A stretch of 38,527 nucleotides of DNA from a virus (taxonomy: Duplodnaviria > Caudoviricetes), in IMG/VR virus record IMGVR_UViG_3300027826_000156, positions 1 to 38,527 of that record. One strand, 5' to 3'. A program made the position numbers and the translations under genes. The notes under the pieces are model-generated. The model saw only the letters and a list, made by a program, of their open reading frames with translations. It ran no database searches and was not told the DNA's origin. Shown one piece after another: positions 1-9,046 of the stretch; position 1 is the first letter of the stretch; every line of letters begins with the position of its first letter.

Positions 1-1785
1 TTACGCAGTCTTCGCGATCTGAATATGCAGCTCGCGAGCGGCAGCCAGAAACTTCTCAGCGTGAACAAAGGTCACGACCGCACATTCGTAACCGCCTTCC
101 CCAAGCTCGATGAAGCGGTCCGGCATGCCGAGACCTTCCAGTATGCCATTGAGTCCCTGAAGCACGCCTGAAAGATTGCGCCACCGTCCTTCGTGTTGAA
201 TCGAAAACGAATATCCTTTGCCCCGGTGAACGAGCAGCAGCCGCAACTCTTCGCCACTCGTTTCAACGACCTGCGCGACATCCTCAACGTCGAAACGGCC
301 ATTGGTTATCTTGGCTAGGTCTTCGATGAGGCGCTCGTGCTCGGCAGGGGACGTAACTGTCTTGCAGACCACTGCGGTCAGACAATTCGGTGGTTCGCTA
401 AGAATGTTCCAAACGAACAACTCACCATTAAAATCCGCCCGCCACTTTTCCTCGAGCTTCTCGATCGCTGCTTCGCTTATTTCCTTGTCGCCACACGCTC
501 GCCGTAGCTTCGCGACCACCTCCCTTGGTCCGATGTCGTTCAGCAGCCAGTGAACCACCATTGCTGTTTTCGAGTCTAGACGCGCTTGAATGTCCGCCGC
601 GAGAGCTTTCGCCTGTCCGCCGCAGGCGAGAAACGTCCGCACAACAACTGAGATATTCTTCGCGCCTTCGCGCGCAATTTCCCGGGCGAGCGTGTCGACG
701 ATCATGGGATCGACTGCACCGTCGACAAGCGCTCCCAACCCGTCTAATGCCGCGTCGCGTAAATCAGGATCAGAAAGTGCCGAGAGGAGTCGCGGAATGC
801 CATTCCGACCTTCGAGTTGCGCGAGCCGCTTGAGAGCCTCGCCACGGATATACCATTCCACCTTCGAGGCGATGACGCCCCGCAAGAGATCGGCTTCTTC
901 GGGTAATTGAGCTTTGCGGACCGCCTTAAGGCAATTCCAGACGTGATTGGCGATTTCCGACCCGCTCGCCAAATTACGACGCACAAACCGCACAGCCACG
1001 GCTCCCGCGCGCGCTCGCGTTTCTATATCGTGGCTCTCGCACAAACGTTCCAACGCGACGATGAGATGATAGTGTTTCGGGCGTCGCGGAAAATCTGGCC
1101 GGGCCAGCATCTCCTCGATGACGAACACGGCGCCACGGTCCCGGCCAGATCGCCCGAGCGCTATCGCAGCTTCCGCGCGCACATCATCGCGGCTGTCCTC
1201 AAGGAGTTGCGCCAAGCGGTCAAAGGCGCGCGGTGTTGCCAGGTAGTTCATCACCATTAGCGCGCGTTCGCGTGTCCAGGGATCGGCATCGGCGACCGAA
1301 GGTTCAAGGGCCGTCAGGATAGCGCCGGCGTCAATTGCTAGGCTGTAAGACCGTGTTCGATTGCCAATGCCGGAGCTGATCAAGCGGTCTAATGCGCCGC
1401 GGCGCGTCTCGGGCTGCTGCGACTGCAGGCAATCGACTAATGTCGCGCAGCCGAGAGGATCACCGAACTTCAGCAACGCTGACGCTGCATTGACCCGAAC
1501 AACTCCGTTTTGCGCGTTCACCATTGCCCGGAGCGCCGGCAAAACAAGTTCGCGTTCGGCGGCCGGAACCGTCCCAGGGTCGACGTCGATGTACGCGCCG
1601 CGATCGAGCACCGCGAGGAAGCGCCTTGAGTCGAAGGCGCGCTTCTTCGCCAAGCGGCGTGCTTTTTCGGCGATGTCATCGCTATCGCTCACCGCCCGCA
1701 CTCCTACGGCTATGTTCTTGTTATGTTCCCATAGAGTCTGTCGCGCGTCAACCGAAATCGTTGACCGTTCCTTCGGGTTCGCCAT
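1..1785 (-). CDS. HEAT/PBS-lyase repeat protein, possibly immunity-associated
   Basis: 594-aa ORF with repeated helical motifs (VRVNAASALLKFGD, VRAEAAIALGRSG, LRDAALDGLGAL). TAA stop at 1-3. Directly downstream of two Imm52-like genes. Confidence 0.75.
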   Translation of the reverse strand: MANPKERSTISVDARQTLWEHNKNIAVGVRAVSDSDDIAEKARRLAKKRAFDSRRFLAVLDRGAYIDVDPGTVPAAERELVLPALRAMVNAQNGVVRVNAASALLKFGDPLGCATLVDCLQSQQPETRRGALDRLISSGIGNRTRSYSLAIDAGAILTALEPSVADADPWTRERALMVMNYLATPRAFDRLAQLLEDSRDDVRAEAAIALGRSGRDRGAVFVIEEMLARPDFPRRPKHYHLIVALERLCESHDIETRARAGAVAVRFVRRNLASGSEIANHVWNCLKAVRKAQLPEEADLLRGVIASKVEWYIRGEALKRLAQLEGRNGIPRLLSALSDPDLRDAALDGLGALVDGAVDPMIVDTLAREIAREGAKNISVVVRTFLACGGQAKALAADIQARLDSKTAMVVHWLLNDIGPREVVAKLRRACGDKEISEAAIEKLEEKWRADFNGELFVWNILSEPPNCLTAVVCKTVTSPAEHERLIEDLAKITNGRFDVEDVAQVVETSGEELRLLLVHRGKGYSFSIQHEGRWRNLSGVLQGLNGILEGLGMPDRFIELGEGGYECAVVTFVHAEKFLAAARELHIQIAKTA

Positions 1786-1818
1786 CGGGGAAAGCGCTTA
1801 CCGTCGTAGCTAGGCCAA

Positions 1819-2634
1819 TCAGCCGCTCCCGCCGCGCGGCTGCCAACCAGTGCACGCGATCATGGTCTCGGCGAGAATGCGCGCGCGCCGCACGTGCTCG
1901 GGGTCGGTTGGATTCAGCCTGTCCGTAGTGGCACTCATCAGCAACCCGCCCTTGGGGGTGCGTTCAGTGAGGATTTCGGGAGACACCTTGAGGTCAGCCG
2001 CATGCTGTGCCGACAGGTAAATGATCCATGGCACGTGAAAAACTGATTTGGGGAACGTCGGGTCAATGGGGACCTGAAGAGCGCTATCTACTCTGAACGC
2101 CGGGACGCCGGGCCCGAAATCGATAGGAACCATGACCGCATCATTTCGGTATGCGGTCGCGTAAGCCCACTGCGCATCCCATACCGTACTGATGGCGAGC
2201 AGCGCGGCCTTGAACAACGGATACGTCACGATCGATAAATCGGATGGGAGATCGTATTCTCCTAACGAAAGCTCGAAGTGCTGGTCGCTGGACGATGCTG
2301 CAAGCGACACATGGCGAGGACCTCTCGCCCCGGCCACGGCTATCACGAAATGTCCATTTTCTGGACAGGGTTTGTTAAAGTCGTCCACGTAGACACCGCT
2401 TTCAACAATCTCAGCAATGCGTTTGCGCCCGATGGCAAGCGGCACGAATTCTGATCTATGCTCTTCGGGGATCTGCCAAGCCCCGGTGAACTGCCAACCT
2501 TCAAAAAGGGAGGCGATGCCACCCAGTGCATCGAGCGTCTGCAAGAACTTTTCCCCGATGACAGCAGGCTTTTCATCGGCCCGACCTACCCACCGACCCC
2601 GGACGAAATAGCGATAATTTATCGTCGTCATCAT
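1819..2634 (-). CDS. Imm52-like immunity protein (second copy)
   Basis: Paralogue of 2787-3578 (F.QTLD.L..I, IVTYP.FKAALLAI...W, PW..YLSA, RTP.GGLLM.A..DRL.P..P.H). Start moved to ATG 2634, which follows AAGGAG. Confidence 0.75.
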   Translation of the reverse strand: MMTTINYRYFVRGRWVGRADEKPAVIGEKFLQTLDALGGIASLFEGWQFTGAWQIPEEHRSEFVPLAIGRKRIAEIVESGVYVDDFNKPCPENGHFVIAVAGARGPRHVSLAASSSDQHFELSLGEYDLPSDLSIVTYPLFKAALLAISTVWDAQWAYATAYRNDAVMVPIDFGPGVPAFRVDSALQVPIDPTFPKSVFHVPWIIYLSAQHAADLKVSPEILTERTPKGGLLMSATTDRLNPTDPEHVRRARILAETMIACTGWQPRGGSG

Positions 2635-2704
2635 CGGCCGCTCCTTACCCAGGGAACGTAAGCGACTGTGATACCCTTGAGGCCCGATTTGCGCCCCGAC
2701 GCGA

Positions 2705-2751
2705 GTTCTTGTTATGTTCCCATGCGTGCTTGGCACGCGTCAAGGTGAAAT
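2705..2751 (-). pseudogene. Degenerate remnant of the 5' end of the HEAT-repeat gene
   Basis: 2705-2723 is identical to 1714-1732 (GTTCTTGTTATGTTCCCAT, encoding WEHNKN). Similarity continues with indels for about 28 nt. Confidence 0.6.
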
Positions 2752-2786
2752 AATGAGCCATACAATTCATGGGCTGAGATCACGCG

Positions 2787-3578
2787 CTAAGCGTGCTTCG
2801 ATGAGTAGCCCCTGCACGCGATCAGCGTCTCGGCGAGAACTCGTGCGCATCTTATATGGGCGGGGTTGGCGGGGTCGAGCCGATCTTCGGCTGCAATCAT
2901 CAGCAATCCGCCGTCGGGGGTGCGCTGCGTTTGTATTTCGGACGTCACCTTAAGTCTGGCGACGCACGGGGCTGAGAGATAGAGAAGCCAGGGGATGTAA
3001 AAGTCGTCTGGAAACGTCGGATCGCCGGGGACCTGCCGCACGCCTTTCACCTGGTTTGCTTCCAGGCTCCCTAGCTTGATCGGCACGAGGACCGAGCCCA
3101 CCCTGTGGGCGTAGGCGAACGCGTATTGCGGGTGCCAAGCCGCAATGATCGCGAGCAACGCCGCCTTAAAGCGGGGATAGGTGACGATTGCCAGATCAGG
3201 CGCCACCTTGTAATCGCCGACCTCAAGCGTCGTACTGCTGCTACGTTTTCCGCCGGCCACAACCCTGAAGCTCACGTTTCGCGGGTTTATATTCTTTTTT
3301 GTTCTTGCCGTTACATAATAGCCAAAGTCTGGATCGGGCCCGCCGGCATCGTCGCGTGCGACATTGTTTTCGATGATCTCCACAATCCGTGATCGTGCTG
3401 CAGCGAGAGGACTCGATGACACGGCGTGCGCATCAATGATCGACCAATTCGCATAAAGCGGATCAATTCTGCTCAAAGAATCGAGCGTCTGCACAAACCT
3501 CGTGTCCAAGGAGGCTGGCGATTCCCTGCGCACCCCGCAAATCGAGCAAATTCCATATGTATAATACGGCTCGCTCAT
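2787..3578 (-). CDS. Imm52-like immunity protein, cognate to the upstream toxin
   Basis: ATG 3578 overlaps the toxin stop (ATGA). C-terminal W..YL...T..GG.L..A..RLDP.NP.H pattern typical of Imm52. Confidence 0.78.
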   Translation of the reverse strand: MSEPYYTYGICSICGVRRESPASLDTRFVQTLDSLSRIDPLYANWSIIDAHAVSSSPLAAARSRIVEIIENNVARDDAGGPDPDFGYYVTARTKKNINPRNVSFRVVAGGKRSSSTTLEVGDYKVAPDLAIVTYPRFKAALLAIIAAWHPQYAFAYAHRVGSVLVPIKLGSLEANQVKGVRQVPGDPTFPDDFYIPWLLYLSAPCVARLKVTSEIQTQRTPDGGLLMIAAEDRLDPANPAHIRCARVLAETLIACRGYSSKHA

Positions 3579-4969
3579 TTCGGTTCTCGCTCCCATCGCT
3601 TGTCGATAACAACGATTCCGTGCAACTCGGGGTATTTGGGATCTGCAAAGAGTTCTTGCGCATACTTTGCCGCCTCCGGTTCGGCAAAGATCCAGACGAT
3701 CGGCCGCCCGTCACTCGCCGCGACCTGTCTTTCAGCTTTGTCTAGAAACTCTTTCTCTATCGACTCTCTTGGTTCGGGATACTGCAGGAGATATGCGTAT
3801 CTTGGCCCTTTGATTTCGATCAGGATACCACTGTTTCTCTGGCAATCGTCGTAAGTGACCGGCTCCCCATCCTTCTTCGGTAGCTCGTAGACCAACCCAC
3901 TGGGGGTGGGTGGATCATTGATGAATTTTTTAATGTAATCTTCATACTGTCTCGATCTGTTTTCCTCGTAGGATTTACCCTGATCGCTGCCTGGTCTGTC
4001 GGGCACCGGCGGTTCCGGGCAGAGTTTCGGATCATTTTGCTTCACCAGATCGGGAGCGATCGCCGCCAGATCGAACGCGACAATGTCGCCCGGCAGCACT
4101 CGGCCGATAACCTTTTCGTTTATATCGCGGACTTTGTCACCTTGCCGCCACGCGGTAAATGTGCGCCGCGTGCCGTCAGGTGCATTGTATGTGAACTGGA
4201 TAACGGCCTCGTCGCGATTCCAGGAATAACGAAGGCCGGGCACCCCCTCGACTTCGCCTTCGACGTGAATGTCGTTCGATGATGGAATGAACAGCAGCCA
4301 GAAGGTCGCGACGGCTCCGCCTGCGCCGGTGATGAGGGTTAGCGCGAAGCGACCGAGAGAGACCAGGACGGATGGCGCAAGCCTGCTGAGCCAGGACGCA
4401 GCGCCGGGCGCGCCGACGCGCGGCGCGAAGGCCGGCACCGGGAGTTTTGCGGCGTCCACGCCGCCGCGCGTCCACTCGCCGCTCGGCTTGCCGCTGCCGG
4501 CCGGGACGCGGAGTTCCTCGGGATTGTACTGTTTCTCGAGCGCTTCGATGTACGGGGCGTCGAGCTTCAATCCTTTGAATACAGTCCGCGGGCTGCCGCC
4601 GGCTTTCAGGAAAGCGTCGACGATGACGAGGCGCTCGGCGGCATCGTGCGGGTACGGCAGCTCGCCGAGACGGGCGTGCGCCAAGTGGATGTAGGCGAGA
4701 CAATCGTCGCCCGCGTTCCAGGCCTTGGCGGCGCGCTCGATGTTGCCCAGCACGGCCGGATCGATGGCTCTGCCGTAAGCGGCCGACAGCAGCGCCAGCA
4801 CGCGGACTTCATAGCCCTTCGTGGTGCGCAGTTGCCGCGGACCGTCTGCCGGCAGCAGCACGGTGCCGGCCCCGAGCACCAGGCCCTCGGCTGCAATCCG
4901 GAGAACGGTATTGATCGGCTCGATGGGCGCAGGCGCGCGCGAGCCGCCGCGAGGCTGTCGGTTCAGCAC
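3575..4969 (-). CDS. Polymorphic toxin with C-terminal Tox-REase-5-like (PD-(D/E)XK) nuclease
   Basis: C-terminus YEDYI...YDDC...LIEIKG...AERQVAA..GRPIVWIFAE..AA matches the Tox-REase-5 pattern. Tip is visibly AT-richer. Coupled to an Imm52-like gene. Start codon uncertain. Confidence 0.82.
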   Translation of the reverse strand: MLNRQPRGGSRAPAPIEPINTVLRIAAEGLVLGAGTVLLPADGPRQLRTTKGYEVRVLALLSAAYGRAIDPAVLGNIERAAKAWNAGDDCLAYIHLAHARLGELPYPHDAAERLVIVDAFLKAGGSPRTVFKGLKLDAPYIEALEKQYNPEELRVPAGSGKPSGEWTRGGVDAAKLPVPAFAPRVGAPGAASWLSRLAPSVLVSLGRFALTLITGAGGAVATFWLLFIPSSNDIHVEGEVEGVPGLRYSWNRDEAVIQFTYNAPDGTRRTFTAWRQGDKVRDINEKVIGRVLPGDIVAFDLAAIAPDLVKQNDPKLCPEPPVPDRPGSDQGKSYEENRSRQYEDYIKKFINDPPTPSGLVYELPKKDGEPVTYDDCQRNSGILIEIKGPRYAYLLQYPEPRESIEKEFLDKAERQVAASDGRPIVWIFAEPEAAKYAQELFADPKYPELHGIVVIDKRWEREPK

Positions 4970-5240
4970 GCGTCGCCTCCGTTGTGAATGTCAGGAATGG
5001 GCTGCGGTCTTCCGGAAAATGCTGAGGCAATGAGGCTGAGATGTGCGGTCGGACGGGGTCGCAGCCTCAGTATTTCAACGGGGAGGTTTGTGCCGACGCG
5101 ACCGGATGTGCGCCGCGCCGGGTTCCGCCAGCCGACGGCTTGCCCGTAGCCCGCTTAGCCACATTTTCGCTCGTTTCGCCCCGCAAGAGACCCACGCTTC
5201 ACGTGCAACCCGTCTGCCGAGCATTGAGGGGCTCACGACG

Positions 5241-5402
5241 ATGGGCGATCCCGCTTCGATTCTTCTTGCCGTCGATCGGCTGTGCAGCCAGATCGCGCTG
5301 GCGCTGCAGCAATCCCAGGCGCACATTTACACGGCGATCGCGCTGGCCGTTGTTTTGGGCGTTCTGTTGTTTCCGCCCAAGGACGATCCAGATCAGATTT
5401 AG
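5241..5402 (+). CDS. Small membrane protein
   Basis: ATG after GAGGGG; 53 aa with one hydrophobic segment (IYTAIALAVVLGVLLF). Confidence 0.5.
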   Translation: MGDPASILLAVDRLCSQIALALQQSQAHIYTAIALAVVLGVLLFPPKDDPDQI

Positions 5403-5499
5403 GCCGCGCTGGATCGGTCGCTTCTGGCTCTGCGCCTCCGGCTCTCGTCGGTTACGGCCTAAAGCCCTGCGCCGCCGCGGGAACTTCCGCGCGTCAGAC

Positions 5500-5525
5500 G
5501 GAACCGCCCTGCCCTGTTGCGAGTT
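5500..5525 (+). promoter_or_regulatory. Candidate sigma-EcfG (general stress response) promoter
   Basis: GGAAC-N17-AGTT about 35 nt upstream of the DUF1328 gene; close to the GGAAC-N16/17-CGTT consensus. Confidence 0.5.
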
Positions 5526-5558
5526 GACTGCGCGAACAAGTCGTTAGGGAGCGCACCT

Positions 5559-5738
5559 ATGCTCAGTCTCGTCGTTACGCTTTTGATCGTCGCGTTGATT
5601 GCCGGCATTCTGGGTTTCGGCGGTATCGCCGGCGCCGCGGTCGGTATCGCCAAGATCGTGTTCTTCGTTGCGATCGTGCTGTTCCTGGTCTCGCTGATTG
5701 CGGGCGGCATGCGCGGCGGGTTCGGGCGGCGTCTGTAG
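5559..5738 (+). CDS. DUF1328 (UPF0391) small membrane protein
   Basis: [38 protein letters not shown] is the family signature; GGAG RBS. Confidence 0.92.
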   Translation: MLSLVVTLLIVALIAGILGFGGIAGAAVGIAKIVFFVAIVLFLVSLIAGGMRGGFGRRL

Positions 5739-5759
5739 CCGAACGCGCCTTTGCCATCT

Positions 5760-5800
5760 GACGAAGCCCGGCGCGGTGCGCAGCCGCGCCGGGCTCGTCG
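5760..5800. terminator. GC-rich hairpin between convergent genes, probable bidirectional terminator
   Basis: AGCCCGGCGCGG-tgcgcag-CCGCGCCGGGCT perfect 12-bp stem; no long U-tract. Confidence 0.6.
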
Positions 5801-5820
5801 TTAACGACTGTCGCTAACCG

Positions 5821-6150
5821 CTACTGAAAGTGCGAGAGCGTCGCGGTCACCGCCCATTTGATCGCGGCCTCCACGATCCAGCCCAGCAGAACAACGCTGG
5901 CAAACCCAATCGACGCCCACGTCACCAGCTTTGAACGCGCCAGCTCGAGTGCGGCGACGGTCGGCCGTATCGCCTCGACCGACGCCGCATGCTCGTCGAG
6001 TTTTTGCACGAGATCGTTGAGCGCGGTGCGTTGCTCGGCGTAGCGCCGTTCCTGCAGCTTCTGATTATCGGCAATGCGGCGCTGAATATCGGCGACGCTG
6101 GCGCGTAACCGTCCGATCGCTTCGCTGATGTCGTCGAGCTTGCCGGCCAT
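5821..6150 (-). CDS. Phage coiled-coil membrane protein, last gene of the lysis cassette
   Basis: MAGKLDDISEAIGRL... coiled coil plus C-terminal TM helix; start overlaps lipase stop (TGATG). Confidence 0.7.
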   Translation of the reverse strand: MAGKLDDISEAIGRLRASVADIQRRIADNQKLQERRYAEQRTALNDLVQKLDEHAASVEAIRPTVAALELARSKLVTWASIGFASVVLLGWIVEAAIKWAVTATLSHFQ

Positions 6151-6818
6151 CAGGCAGCAGTCTCCTGTTTGTCGTGCCGCGCCAGATACGCGGCGACGTC
6201 GGCCATGTAACCTTCGATGTGATGGCAGGCGAAACGGTCGGCTTGCGCTTTGCCGATGCGGATCGGCGGATCGCGGCTGTCGAGAAACGCCCATTCTGGC
6301 GGCACGTCGAACGGCACCGCCGGCACCGGATCGTTGCCGCGCACGTATTGGCGCACCGGCACGTCCTTCAAGCACGCGACGAAAGCCGCCATGCCGAAGC
6401 GCGGCGCCCCGAAGGTGACGATCGCCGCCGGCGGCCGGCCGGCAAGCTTCAGCAATGCGCCGACGCCGACGGCGAGCGCGCCACCCAGAGAGTGCCCGGT
6501 GACCAGGACCGGCAGCGTCGCCGAAGAGCGCCCCAGCTCTTGCAGCAGCGCATCGAGGATACTCTCGGCAGCGTCGAGAAAGCCCGCATGACAGCGGCCG
6601 AGCTGCGCATGCTCGCGCACCGCGATCGGCGCAAAGAAAAAATCACGCAGCCAATCCTGCACGGTGACCGAGCCGCGAAAGGCGACGACGAGCGCACCGT
6701 CGCCGCCGCTGAACTCGGCGGTGACGCGGCAGTTCACGCCGCTTGCCGGCACCGGCACGGTCGGCGGCAGCTTGTAGGTCGCCGCGCAGGCCGCAACCAA
6801 GTCGACGTCGGTGATCAT
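6150..6818 (-). CDS. Class 3 lipase (alpha/beta hydrolase)
   Basis: VVAFRGS...DWLRD, HAGF, VTGHSLGGALA, TFGAPR, DPVP and late His motifs. Confidence 0.9.
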   Translation of the reverse strand: MITDVDLVAACAATYKLPPTVPVPASGVNCRVTAEFSGGDGALVVAFRGSVTVQDWLRDFFFAPIAVREHAQLGRCHAGFLDAAESILDALLQELGRSSATLPVLVTGHSLGGALAVGVGALLKLAGRPPAAIVTFGAPRFGMAAFVACLKDVPVRQYVRGNDPVPAVPFDVPPEWAFLDSRDPPIRIGKAQADRFACHHIEGYMADVAAYLARHDKQETAA

Positions 6819-6833
6819 GGCGATCGCCCGCAA

Positions 6834-7751
6834 TCAAGGCGTCAAGGTCAGCGCCGGCAGCGCGATCGGCGCGGCGGCCGCGGCGCAGGGCGGACAAATC
6901 GCGGCGAGGCCGGCGGGCGCGATCTTCACCCCGATCATCGCCATGGTCTGGATCAAGGTATTGACTTCGTCGCCGAGCAACGGCGCGCAGCCGAGTTTCA
7001 GGTAAGTCGGCAGTCCGGCCTTGAGCTGTGCCACGAAATCGCGTTTGCGCTGAAACAGCTGAAAGCCAACCAGCTTGCCGGACGCCGGCTGGAACGTCGG
7101 CGTCGACTGCAGAAATTTGATCAGCGCCGGGTAGCAGGCATGCGCGATCGGATCGCGAACGACCGCGTCGATTGCAGCCGTCGGCGGCGTCGCGTTTGGA
7201 TTAGCGGGGATCGCCGGCGTCACCACCGCGCCGGCGTCGGCGTCGGCAGCCTGGATGTCGGCGATGACCGCGGCGACGTTCTCTGCCTTCACTTTCTCGA
7301 GCTGATCCATGAATTGCGACAGCGGATCGCCCGAGTGTGCCGGTGCCGGCAGGACCGCGGCCGGTTTCGGCTTCAGTAGCGGAATCGGCAGCTTGGGCTG
7401 GGCGTAACCCGGGTTGATCGCGACGACTGACGCCAGTGCCAGCGCAAGCGCGATCACAGCGGCCGAACTGATGCTCGGGCCCGGAAGTCTCGATTTGGCG
7501 TGGCCGGCTTCGGGCAGCAGGATGGCGATCAGGCCGCCTACGCCCATGCCGATCATGGTGATGTATTTGACGAGGTCGGCGCCGTCGCCCGACGGGATGA
7601 GGTGAAACAACGCCGCCGCGGCGGCAAGCGACGACAGCCCCGCATAGGTGGATGGTTCGCGCAGCCGCGCGCCGAGCCAGGAAATCTCCGCTTCGACTTT
7701 CTGCCGATCGATCGCCGGCGCAGCCTTCGCCGTACCCTGACTGTTGGTCAT
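6834..7751 (-). CDS. Membrane protein with holin-like N-terminus and exported C-terminal domain
   Basis: WLGARLREPSTYAGL plus two TM helices, then a signal-like hydrophobic stretch; immediately downstream of the endolysin; GGAG RBS before ATG 7751. Confidence 0.55.
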   Translation of the reverse strand: MTNSQGTAKAAPAIDRQKVEAEISWLGARLREPSTYAGLSSLAAAAALFHLIPSGDGADLVKYITMIGMGVGGLIAILLPEAGHAKSRLPGPSISSAAVIALALALASVVAINPGYAQPKLPIPLLKPKPAAVLPAPAHSGDPLSQFMDQLEKVKAENVAAVIADIQAADADAGAVVTPAIPANPNATPPTAAIDAVVRDPIAHACYPALIKFLQSTPTFQPASGKLVGFQLFQRKRDFVAQLKAGLPTYLKLGCAPLLGDEVNTLIQTMAMIGVKIAPAGLAAICPPCAAAAAPIALPALTLTP

Positions 7752-7777
7752 GGCAATGCTCCGTTGCTTTGTGGAAT

Positions 7778-7858
7778 CGTAGGATGGGTAGCGCCGCAGC
7801 GCGTAACCCACCGAGCGGCATGGTGGGTTACGCCGCTTCGCGGCTAACCCACTCTACG
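7778..7858. repeat. GTAG-type REP doublet (REPIN-like)
   Basis: CGTAGGATGGGTAGC...GCGTAACCCACC / GGTGGGTTACGC...GCTAACCCACTCTACG: two inverted palindromic units with GTAG/CTAC ends, intergenic. Confidence 0.75.
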
Positions 7859-7866
7859 CAACAGCG

Positions 7867-8547
7867 TTACGCGGCGGCCGCGCGCAGCGCGCCGGACCAG
7901 GCCGCCGCAAGCTCTGCGGCGGCGCCGTTGAAGGCATTAAGATCGGCGCCGTTTTGCAGTCCTGGCGCGCTATGCGGCCGCGGCCCGACGCCGTCGCCCG
8001 TGTATTGCAGCAAAAAATTGCTGGTCCAGGGCGGGATCGGCGGCACGCGCCGGAACAGCTCGGCGTTGTCCGCCGGCTGCGATCCGATGTAGCGGCACTG
8101 CCACAGCGGCGCGACCGCGGCCATGTCGATCCATTTGGCAGCGTGCGGCTTGACCTGTTCGCGGATGCGATTGCCGCCATAGATGCCGCAGGCGCGGCCG
8201 CGCTTTTGCGCAACACGATCGAGAAATTCGTAAGCTTGCTCGCCGGTCATTTGCGAATGGGCATTGTCCTCGAAATCGAGCCAGGCGCTGTCGGCGTCAT
8301 CGAGCCGCGCGTAGGCGAGAAACGCGGCGACGTTGGCGGCGACGTCGTCATGCGTGGCGAAGTCATAAGCGCCCCAGCGCAGGCCGGCGTTCTTCGCTGC
8401 GGCCATGCGCGCGGCATATTTCGGGTCGCCGACCGCAACGCCTTGGCGCGCCTTGTGGATGACGCCGACAAAGCCCGCCTGTTTCAGTTCGGAAAAATTC
8501 ACCGGATTGAAATGCGCGATGTCGGCGACGAGCGGAATGATCGCCAT
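7867..8547 (-). CDS. GH25 muramidase (endolysin)
   Basis: DIAHFN, VIHKARQG, GAYDF, WLDFE (DxE), LLQYT and DLN motifs; AGGAG RBS. Confidence 0.88.
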   Translation of the reverse strand: MAIIPLVADIAHFNPVNFSELKQAGFVGVIHKARQGVAVGDPKYAARMAAAKNAGLRWGAYDFATHDDVAANVAAFLAYARLDDADSAWLDFEDNAHSQMTGEQAYEFLDRVAQKRGRACGIYGGNRIREQVKPHAAKWIDMAAVAPLWQCRYIGSQPADNAELFRRVPPIPPWTSNFLLQYTGDGVGPRPHSAPGLQNGADLNAFNGAAAELAAAWSGALRAAAA

Positions 8548-8699
8548 GGGTTCTTCTCCTTTCGTTGCATTTGTTCGGCTGTTTGTTCGGCTGCGAGCGC
8601 ATCGCATTTGGCCGCGTAGGCGCGTATGTCAGCCCTGAGCACGCGCAGCCATGCGCGTCGCACCGCCGCATCGCGGCGAGTCTGTGGGGCCTCGCTCAT
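8499..8699 (-). CDS. Small hypothetical protein
   Basis: ATG 8699 overlaps the previous stop (ATGA); fills the gap to the endolysin but overlaps it by about 50 nt. Confidence 0.35.
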   Translation of the reverse strand: MSEAPQTRRDAAVRRAWLRVLRADIRAYAAKCDALAAEQTAEQMQRKEKNPWRSFRSSPTSRISIR

Positions 8700-9046
8700 G
8701 TACCGGCTCCGGGCATGAAGCAGCGGATCTGGGTGGCGCCGCTCGCGTCCTGATACGGCCACACCACGGCCCGGCCGTAGCGGTTCGGCTCGGCCACGAC
8801 CGCGGCATCGGGAACGGCGAGCCACTCGCCGTCCAGCCGCACGCGGTAATGGCCGTCGTGGACGTCCCAATCGACGTCTTCGACCGTGACGCCGTCGGCA
8901 AAGCTGCAGCACAAGCCTTTGCCGCTTTTGAGCTGATCGAACCACGGTTTGAGCGGCGACGCGGCAAAGCGACCGCCATCGCGGGCAGAAGCCGGCATGG
9001 CCAGCGCAAGTGCAAGCGCAACAGCGACGATGGTACGCATCATCAA
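8696..9046 (-). CDS. Secreted cysteine-containing hypothetical protein
   Basis: Signal peptide (VAVALALALAMPASA), CCSFADG...RCFMPG; translationally coupled to neighbours. Confidence 0.72.
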   Translation of the reverse strand: MMMRTIVAVALALALAMPASARDGGRFAASPLKPWFDQLKSGKGLCCSFADGVTVEDVDWDVHDGHYRVRLDGEWLAVPDAAVVAEPNRYGRAVVWPYQDASGATQIRCFMPGAGT

